From: Cyanophora paradoxa CCMP329
Taxonomy: Eukaryota > Plantae > Glaucophyta
Direction: 5' to 3'
Assembly: GCA_004431415.1 (NCBI GenBank)
Contig: QPMI01000093.1
Coordinates: forward strand, 1-64,000
DNA length: 64,000 nt
The position numbers and the translations under genes were made by a program. Shown piece by piece: positions 45,001 through 53,561 of the stretch. The notes under the pieces are model-generated. The model searched no databases, was not told where the DNA came from, and saw only the letters and a program-made list of their open reading frames with translations. Positions within the stretch are counted from its first letter, which is position 1. Each line of letters opens with the position of its first letter.

Positions 45001-47758
45001 GCCGCCTACCACGAATGCCGGCGCTCCTTATTCGCTCGATCCCACCAGTCCGCAGGGCTCGGCGGCGGGGGCCCCTCAGGAAGCCTGTGCATGCGTGTCC
45101 GCGGGGCCGTACCCCTCCGGGAAGGGCTCCGCCGGCCCGTCCGACCGCGCACGGCGGCGGCGCTAGACCCGCAGGGCACGCCCGCAGCGTCGCAAGCCTT
45201 ACAGACGTGTCCCCGCGCCGAGAGTCGCGTCCTCGAACGCCTTCGAAACTTGGCTGGACCGCCCCTCAAGAGGCGGCGGCGCTGTGTACCCCCCTGACGC
45301 CGGGATTTCGATGTTGACGGAGGCGCCCCGGCCCGACGCAGCCTACCACGAATGCCGGCGCTCCTTATTCGCTCGATCCCACCAGTCCGCAGGCTCGGCG
45401 GCGGGGGCCCCTCAGGAAGCCTGCGCATGCGTGTCCGCGGGGCCGTACCCCTCCGGGAAGGGCTCCGCCGGCCCGTCCGACCGCGCACGCGGCGGCGCTA
45501 GACCCGCAGGGCACGCCCGCAGCGTCGCAAGCCTTACAGACGTGTCCCCGCGCCGAGAGTCGCGTCCTCGAACGCCTTCGAACTTGCTGCTGGACCGCCC
45601 TCAAGAGGCGGCGGCGCTGTGTACCCCCTGACGCCGGGATTTCGATGTGACGGAGGCGCCCCGGCCGAACGCAGCCTACCACGAATGCCGGCGCTCCTTA
45701 TTCGCTCGATCCCACCAGTCCGCAGGGCTCGCGGCGGGGGCCCCTCAGGAAGCCTGTGCATGCGTGTCCGCGGGGCCGTACCCCTCCGGGAAGGGCTCCG
45801 CCGGCCCGTCCGACCGCGCACGGCGGCGGCGCTAGACCCGCAGGGCACGCCCGCAGCGGCGCAAGCCTTACAGACGTGTCCCCGCGCCGAGAGTCGCGTC
45901 CTCGAACGCCTTCGAAACTTGGCTGGACCGCCCCTCAAGAGGCGGCGGCGCTGTGTACCCCCCTGACGCCGGGATTTCGATGTTGACGGAGGCGCCCCGG
46001 CCCGAACGCAGCCTACCACGAATGCCGGCGCTCCTTATTCGCTCGATCCCACCAGTCCGCAGGGCTCGGCGGCGGGGGCCCCTCAGGAAGCCTGCGCATG
46101 CGTGTCCGCGGGGCCGTACCCCTCCGGGAAGGGCTCCGCCGGCCCGTCCGACCGCGCACGGCGGCGGCGCTAGACCCGCAGGGCACGCCCGCAGCGTCGC
46201 AGCTTACAGACGTGTCCCCGCGCGAGATCGCGTCTCGAACGCCTTCAAATTGCTGGACGCCCCTCAGAGGCGCGGCGCTGTTACCCCCTGACGCCGGTTG
46301 ATGTTGCGAGGCCCCGGCCGACGCGCTACCGAATGCGGCTCTTTCGCTCGATCCACAGTCCGCAGTCGCGCGGCCCTCAGAGCTGGCATGCTGTCCGGCA
46401 CCTCGGAGGGCTCGCCGCCCGTCGACGCCACGGGCGGCGCTACCCGCAGGCCGCCGCAGCGTCGCAGCCTTACAGACGTGTCCGCGCCGAGGTCGCGTCT
46501 CGAACGCTTCGAATTGGTGGACCCCCTCGAGGCGCGCGTGGTACCCCTGACGCGGATTCATGTTGCGAGCCCCGGCCCGAACGCAGCCTACCACGATGCC
46601 GGCGCTCTTATTCGCTCGATCCACAGTCCGCAGGCTCGGCGCGGGGGCCCTCAGAAGCCTGCGCATGCGTGTCGCGGGCGTACCCTCCGGAAGGGTCCGC
46701 CGGCCCGTCGCTGCGCACGGCGACGCGCTAGACCCGCAGGGCACGCCCGCAGCGTCGCAAGCCTTACAGACGTGTCCCCGCCCGAGAGTCGGTCTCGAAC
46801 GCCTTCGAACTTGGCTGGACCGCCCTCGGAGGCGCGGCGCTGTGTACCCCCCTGACGCCGGATTTCGATGTTGACGGAGGCCCCGGCCGAACGCAGCCTA
46901 CCCGAATGCTGGCGCTCCTTATTGCTCGATCCACCAGTCCGCAGGCTCGGCGGCGGGGCCCTCAGGAAGCCTGCGCATGCGTGTCCGCGGGGCGTACCCT
47001 CGGGAAGGCTCCGCCGGCCCGTCGACCGCGCACGCGGCGCGCTAGACCCGCAGGGCACGCCCGCGTCGCAAGCCTTACAGACGTGTCCCCGCGCCGAGAG
47101 TCGCGTCCTCGAACGCCTTCCAAACTTGGCTGGACCGCCCCTCAAGAGGCGGCGGCGCTGTGTACCCCCTGACGCCGGGATTTCGATGTTGACGGAGTGC
47201 CCGGCCCAAACGCAGCCTACACGAATGCCGGCGCTCCTTATTCGCTCGATCCATCAGTCCGCAGGGCTCGGCGGCAGGGCCCTCAGGAAGCCTGTGCATG
47301 CATGCGTGTCCGCGGGGCCGTACCCCTCCGGGAAGGGCTCCGCCGGCCCGTCCGACCGCGCACGGCGGCGGCGCTAGACCCGCAGGGCACGCCCGCAGCG
47401 TCGCAAGCCTTACAGACGTGTCCCCGCGCCGAGAGTCGCGTCCTCGAACGCCTTCCAAACTTGGCTGGACCGCCCCTCAAGAGGCGGCGGCGCTGTGTAC
47501 CCCCCTGACGCCGGGGTTTCGATATCGATGTTGACGGAGGCGCCCCGGCCCGAACGCAGCCTACCACGAATGCTGGCGCTCCTTATTCGCTCGATCCCAC
47601 CAGTCCGCAGGGCTCGGCGGCGGGGGCCCCTCAGGAAGCCTGCGCATGCGTGTCCGCGGGGCCGTACGGTACCCCTCCGGGAAGGGCTCCGCCGGCCCGT
47701 CCGGCTGCGCACGGCGGCGGCGCTAGACCCGCAGGGCACGCCCGCAGCGTCGCAAGCC
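1..47758. repeat. Tandem satellite array, 338-bp unit (~73% GC), ~140-145 head-to-tail copies, truncated by the window's left edge; candidate centromeric/pericentromeric satellite
   Basis: The same unit (AACGCAGCCTACCACGAATGCC...TCGCAAGCCTTACAGACGTGTCC...GACGGAGGCGCCCCGGCCCG) recurs every 336-338 bp in clean stretches, e.g. identical ORF starts at 15400/15738 and 21806/22144. The array ends abruptly mid-unit at ...CGTCGCAAGCC (47758). Copy number is estimated from length; a centromeric role is inference. Confidence 0.98.
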
Positions 47759-47886
47759 GCGCGTACTGAAGGTTTTCGTGTACTTGCAAAAAGCATCCTA
47801 TATAGCTATGGCTTAGTGGATGCGATTGCATCCAAACTTCAGCTTCCAAGCTCAAAACCCGAGCGCCCTTCCTATGTTTCTGGCGC

Positions 47887-49685
47887 TCAAAGCCAGCCGC
47901 CCTTGATCTCTGCCCACGGCGTCCCGTCCCAGTACCCCTCCTCGTCCACCTTGTGTGCGCACGCCGGCAGGAGCTCCATCGCCAGCTCCGTGCCCGCCCA
48001 TGGCGCGCCGTCCCAGAATGCCCCTGGTCCCGCGTCCGCCCGGGCTGCCGTGGGGGCCACCCCCCGTGTCTCAGCGGCCTCCTCATCCTCGTCCGCCCAT
48101 GGCGCCCCGTCCCAGCAGCCTGCCGTTGCCTCGGTAACCCCGATGGCCGCTGGCGCCGCCATGGGGAGCGTCGCCGCCTCCTTCTCCACCCAGGGCAAGC
48201 CGTCCCAGCTCGCCTCCTCCGCTCCCTCAAAAGCCCCGGGCGCCCGGGGCCGTGTCGGCGCCGCCCGTGCCGACGCCACGGGGGCGTCCTCCGAGGGCTT
48301 CTGATGCCCCCCTGTCCGCGCTGCCTTGGCCCGGCGTCCCTCCTTCACGGCCACGGGCTCCGAGGCGGCGCGTTTGGCCGCCCGCTGGGTCCGCGCCGCT
48401 GCCGCCACTGCCACCCGCGTCGCCGCCTCGAGCGCCTCTGCCGCCGCCCTCGCCGTAGTCGCCGCCCGCGCTGCCCGCGCTGGCACCGGCGCCCCGACGG
48501 GCCGGGCCTCTCCCTCGACCTCGCCCTTCATGAAGACGGGCGCGCGGGCAGCCTGCGCCTGGCGCTCGCACAGGCGCCGGGTGCGGTCGTCCATGGGGAT
48601 CTTGTCGGGGTTGGTGTAGAGGCAGAGCGTGCCCGCCCGCACGCACCGCCAGAGCTTGGGGAAGAAGCCCCCGCCGTACGAAGTCAGGATGATCTGCGTC
48701 CCGGGTCCGACTGTCATTGGCGGGGCGGGGCGGAGCGTGATGGAAGAAGGGCGGAGACGAATAGAGGTGGGCGGGGCCCGCGCGCCGCGCACCTCTTCGC
48801 CGTCGTAGATGGGCCGGGTGGCGCGCAAGAGGCCCGTCTTCGTGCGGGGGTTCGTGACGAGCCGGGCGTTGGCCTTGCGGCCCGTCCGGTACGCGCAGTT
48901 GGCCCAGCGCCCCTCGTTCGTCGTCTTGCTCCCGTCGATGATGAACAGGCTCGTCACCGCCAGCGCCCACCTGCGCGCGCGGCGGGCGGGTCGCTCGCGG
49001 GGTGGGGCGGCGGGGCGGGGCGGGGCGGGGCGGGGCGAGGCGCGTGCACATCCAGAGCCCCGTGAGGTTGATCCGGTCCAGGTCGTGCGGAGAAGGGTTC
49101 TCGATCGGGTCCCTGGGGGCCCGGCCGGGCGGGGCGGGGCGTCGGACCGGGGCGCGCGGCGCGCGGGGCCGCGGAGGCGTTTGAACAGCGGCGCACCCAT
49201 CGTACTTGGCGACCTCGTCGCCCGGACGAAAGGCGATGGCCTTGGAGCCGCTCGGATCCACCTCGCCGGCCGCGATCCGCCGCTCGCGCTCCGCCGATGG
49301 GAGGGACGCCCAGAGACCTTTGCCACCGATCTCCGAAAGCCGCACCGCCAGCTGGCTTGCGCCGATGAGCCGGGGGCGCGCGCGGGCGGGGCGCGAGCTC
49401 GAGCGGGCGCGGTCGGCTCACGTGGCGCTCCTTCTCCAGGTGCTCAGGGCAGTGCTTGCACACCTTGGTCGTCTTCAAGCACCCCGGAGTCGCGCAGGAC
49501 ACAGCCGGCGTGGTCCGCTCCAGTCGATTGCCGAGCGCCGCGCAGAGCCGAGAACCCCTGGCAAAGACCTCATCGTCGTACGTGCCGGCCCGGCTTGGGA
49601 CCGCCGCCTTGACAGCCTTGTAGGCGATATCGACGGCGCGCCGCGCCACCGGCGGGCGCGGGCCGCGAAGCTTTGGCGGCGCCAT
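47887..49685 (-). CDS. SET-domain lysine methyltransferase-like protein (~488 aa, 5 exons: 49685-49422, 49351-49197, 49112-49050, 48970-48793, 48693-47887)
   Basis: Four GT-AG introns (70, 84, 79 and 99 nt) splice in frame and join the SET motifs in the correct order: LAVRLSEIGGKGLWA, FRPGDEVAKYDG, IIDGSKTTNEGRWANCA...NARL, LRATRPIYDGEE-IILTSYG. The N-terminus has a Cys/His cluster (CATPGCLKTTKVCKHCPEH). The start ATG is in CAAGATGG context. Confidence 0.88.
47910..48210 (-). repeat. Four WDGxPW peptide repeats in the C-terminal tail of the SET protein
   Basis: Translation gives SWDGLPWV, CWDGAPWA, FWDGAPWA and YWDGTPWA, spaced about 28-33 aa apart in an Ala/acidic low-complexity tail. Confidence 0.85.
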
Positions 49686-49745
49686 CTTGGGGGTATACGT
49701 ACGCCGTCGACGCGTACGCCATATAAGCTTCTGACGCCCGTCGCC
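49686..49745. promoter_or_regulatory. Putative 60-bp bidirectional promoter between divergent genes
   Basis: It lies between the SET ATG (49685, minus) and the GCCATGG start (49746, plus). It contains a near-dyad CGTACG-CC-GTCGAC-G-CGTACG (49698-49718), flanked by GTATAC and ATATAAG. Confidence 0.55.
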
Positions 49746-52140
49746 ATGGCCACGCCGGAGGCGCCCATTGCCATGGCGGCGCAGAGCTTCGGAATCGTGT
49801 TTGGAGACCCTTTTGCGATCCTTGGTGTGCCTGCTGACGCGAAGACGGAGCCTGAAGCGTACAAAGAGGCGGGACGCGCGCTAGCTGCGCGGCTCCGCGG
49901 AGAGTCGGTGCGCGCGCGCTACGCCCGTCTTTTCGCCCGGCGCGCCCCCACGCCGACGCCGGCCGCGTGACAGGTCTACGTCGGGGACGGCGACGCGCCT
50001 GGGAGCTCGCCGCTCGCCGCCCCGCAGCTCGAGATGCTCATCTGGCAGGCTGAGACAGGTGTGACATCGCCGCAGCTCCAGGCGCCCGCGCCGACCGCCC
50101 CGCGCCCCGCCCCGCATGCGCAGCCGGCGAGCTCGCGGCGATGTCGGCGGTTCGGGACGCGTTCCTGCACCGGCGACGGGGCGGGTCGATCGTCCTGCAC
50201 CTCGGCGCCGTGATGATCTTCCCGGGCCCCGAGGAGCTGCCGTACTGCGCCCGCTGCGCCGAGCGGGGGCGGGCGCGCGAGGACGTCACGTTTGCCACGC
50301 CGGCAGCTGCAGCGCGGTGCCGCGGCTGCAGCGCTTGGTGGAAGGTGGCCGAGGAGATCCCCGGCCTGCCGAAGAACGTCGCCGAGGCGCTCTCGATCGC
50401 GCCGGCGGGGAAGATGAAGGCTCCGCCGTCGGCGCAGCTACTCGGCGGGATCCCCCTCGGCGGCGACGCCCCGCCGGCCGCGGCGCCCGCCGAGCCGCCG
50501 GCAGAGGTCAAGGAAGCGGAGGAGCAGAAGGAGGAGGGGGACGACGAGGCGGCGAGGGCGGGGGCGGATTCGGAAGCGGCGCAGGAGGCCAACGCGGTGC
50601 TGCACGGGTGCGCGCCCCGCGCCTCCTCCCTCTGCAGCTTCCGCGCCGCGCGCCGTCGTCGCGTGTCCGAGTCCGGGCCTTGGAGCCGCGCAGGTTCGAT
50701 CTGGCGAAGGTCACAAAAAAGGCCTGCAAGGAGATCGGGGCAGTCCTGCGGAGCCCGACCGTCCGGCCGATGTCCGCGCTTCTCAAAGGCATCGGCGTGC
50801 CGTTGAAGCGGGACGCGAGAAAGGTGGTTCTCCTCGCGATTCTCCAGGAGATCGCCCGCAGGATCGGCCTCGACACGAGCCAGAGGTGCGTCCGCCGGCC
50901 TCGTCGCGCCCCACAGGGATCCGATCCCGCCCCCGCCGCGCAGCCAGGCCGCCGCCACCGTCGTGATCAAGAAAGAGTGCGCCGCGCCCGGCCCCGGCCC
51001 CACTCGACCCCGCGCCCCACTCCCGCTCTCGCTCTTGCCCTATCGTGCCGACGATCAGCGTGCAGGAAGGTTGTGTCAGAGGACGAGGCGGGGGGCGAGG
51101 CGGATGCGGACGGCATCACCCCAGCCCCCAAGCGGGCGCGGTGCTCGACGCCGACACAGGAGCCCAAGATCGAGCAGGCCGTCTCGTCGCCGAGCCGGTC
51201 CAGTGAGCCGTCCTCTGAGCTACCCGCCCGGTGCGCCGCCGGTTTTGTTCCCCCGCCCGACCGGCTTCGTCCTGTGACGCCCCACACGCGGCGGCGGACG
51301 CAGTGGCCGCAACGGTGGCAGCGGCAAGCCGGCGGGGGTCCCGGCGCGAGCGACGCGCACCTCGGGGCCTGCCTCGTCGAGGTAGGACCCTAACCGCCAG
51401 CCCTCGCCCGCCCGCCCGCCCGCCCGCGCGCCTCTGACGTGGGCGCAGCGAGGTCCCGGAGGGCCCCAAGACGAGCACCGGCACGCGCGGGGCCAGGTGA
51501 CTCGCGCCGCCTCGCTGGACTGGACCGGCTGACCGCCTGCCGACCCCCTCTCGTTTGTGCAGGGCCGCGGGGCGGGAGGCGGGCGAGGGCGAGGGAGACG
51601 CCTCTACCTCTTCCTCCGCAGCAGCCGGGGGCGGCCCGAAATCTGCAGCGTCCCGGCCGCCGGCACCTCCACCGCCGGCGCCGGCACCCCGGGCTCCTCG
51701 CCCCCACGCGCCCACCGCCGCCCACGCCGCCCCGGCCCCGGCTTCGGCCCCGGCCCGGCCCCCGCCCCTGCCCCTGCCCCTGCCCCTGCCTCGGGCCCCG
51801 TCGACAACGGCGAGCCGGTGATGAGCTCGGACGGCAAGGTGGTGCCCGCCAGCCTCGTGAGCCGCATCTCTGTGCGCCGCGCCCCCGGCCCCCGCCTGCC
51901 CCTCCCCCCGCCCCGACCTCCGCGCCCGGCCAGGCCGCAAAGCGGTGGTCCAGGGAGGATTTCGGTGCCTTTACGTACGAGGAGATCTTCGAGTACTGCC
52001 GTCATAGCAAGCCGTGCGCGCCGTCCGCCCCGCCCCGGCTAACAGCACCGCCCGCCCCGACGCCGCGCCTGTCGGAGCCACAGGACCCCGGCGGCGTGAC
52101 GGCGCGGGAGGGTCAGCAAGCGGCCGTCTCCGCCGTCTGG
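49746..52140 (+). CDS. Multi-exon protein of unknown function with a CxxC-x21-CxxC motif, acidic linker and SAP/HeH-like helix-extension-helix; 3' end unresolved
   Basis: Frame-compatible GT-AG exons: 49746-49907, 49974-50058, 50124-50607, 50694-50885, 50944-50976, 51066 onward, plus further exons to about 52.1 kb. Peptides include DPFAILGVPADA, YCARC...RCRGC, PTVRPMSALLKGIGVPLKRDARKVVLLAIL, an NLS-like PAPKRAR, and KRWSREDFGAFTYEEIFEYC. The domain calls are by eye. Confidence 0.7.
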
Positions 52141-53561
52141 AACCCCCCTCCCCCTCCCCCTCCCCCCCGCCCCTTCCCGCCTCCTCCTCCCCCCCCCCTT
52201 CCCCTCCGGTTCTCCCGCGCGTCTCCACGCTTGCGGCCCCGCGAACGTGCTCCATACACGTGCCGTGCGGGGTTGGGGGCTAGCGCCGCCCCTTCTGATC
52301 ACGGCGCCCCGGCGAGCGCAATTTCGGGCGCCGGCGAAATTTAAACGCGACTTATAATTAGGTTACAGCATCATACAGGGTAAATTGCTCAAGGATAAGA
52401 GACAAAATCGATCACGATAAACGCTACAGGGCCGGAGGTCGGGGCGGAGATCAGAATCTAGCTATAGAGGCGCCGGCGGACGTACGTATACGTCGCCACG
52501 GTCGGGGCGGAGATCGGAAGCTTTAAGCAGACATGTACCGTAGTCGCGGCATCGATATCAGAGTGCTGCAGCTGGCGCGCACGCCGGCCAACGCCGCAAG
52601 CTGAGTGCTGCCGGCGCCCCGCGGCGCGGCCATGTTGCGGCTGCGCGCGCGCATGCATGCGTACGCGTGCTAGCGCGCTGCGAGCTGAGGCAGCAGCTCC
52701 CACGCTGACTCAGTGAGGATCGCGGCACGCGCCGCGGGACGAACGCCGCTGGCGCGGGGTAGCCCGTCTTTTTTGACGTACCCCATTTGACCAAAGAGTG
52801 TACCCTCGCGCGTCCGACCAGTCCGGACCGGACCGTCCCTGATCCTGCAGCCCGCCGCTATAGGACTTCACAGGTGCGCCGCTCGCGCTCTTTGATCTAT
52901 GAAAAGCTGACCATGGGCTCGGCCCGTGCGCGACTCCCGCAGTCATGGCAAAATGGTCGTCGCGTTGCACGCCTGGCGGGCCGGGCGTGTTTGCTGGCCT
53001 TTGTGGCTCTCGCTCCACGCCCGATCGGCCCGCGCTCGCTCGGCGAGTTGCCGCGTGGCCGCCGGCGCGTCCCGCAAACGCACCGAGCTTCCGCCCGCCC
53101 TGCGCTGGCAAACGCTCTCCGTAAGATCGCAGGGTGCTCAGATGGCCTCAGGGGCGCCCTCCGGCCGGCAGAAGCCGCGCGGCAGCGACCCGGCGTCGTT
53201 TGAACGCATCTCGCGCGGCGCCGGAGCGGCGAAGACGCTTTTTTTTTAAACAAAGCGGGAAGACGAGCCCGATCGATCGGATGAGGTCTCAACGTCTGCC
53301 GGTACGCCCGCGGGCCGCTAGGGCGGATTGTTTGATCTCCCTCACCCGCCCCACAGCCCTCCGTCGACCTCCGTCGATCCAACGCTCGCAAGAAGGGGCG
53401 ATTGCTTGGGGGACTTGAGAGGACTTCTCCGGCCGCCCCTCCCCTTCCCGCCTCTCCTCGGTGGGGCCGCCCCGGGGCCCGCCCTCAGCACCCTCACGCC
53501 TTCTTTTCTACCCCCGAATTCATCCCCCCCCCCCCCCCCCCCCCCGCCGCTCCCCGGTGAG

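Noticed and set aside
1-47758. Hundreds of ORFs (60-441 aa) in the array
   Set aside because: They are products of a GC-rich, stop-poor repeat. The unit length of 338 is not a multiple of 3, and frames change with every homopolymer indel.
1-47758. Unit as a CRISPR array, 5S rDNA, tRNA/SINE, spliced-leader gene or hammerhead retrozyme
   Set aside because: There are no unique spacers, no 5S or tRNA sequence or fold, no proper A/B boxes and no Sm site or T-run terminator. CTGACGG does not match the CUGANGA hammerhead core. An Rfam/Infernal scan would be the definitive test.
47495-48304. 269-aa ORF running from the last satellite unit into unique DNA (satellite-fusion gene)
   Set aside because: It is the antisense shadow of the SET gene's last exon, starts at a GTG in the repeat and has no independent coding signal.
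47631-52344. Long overlapping ORFs on both strands (e.g. 47953-49065, 50038-51003, 50116-51393, 51439-52344)
   Set aside because: They are exon-plus-intron read-through or shadow frames of the two spliced genes in very high-GC DNA.
52756-52784. Hairpin GGGGTA..CGTC-T6-GACGTACCCC as a Helitron end or terminator
   Set aside because: There is no CTRR terminus at the expected distance and no other supporting element features.
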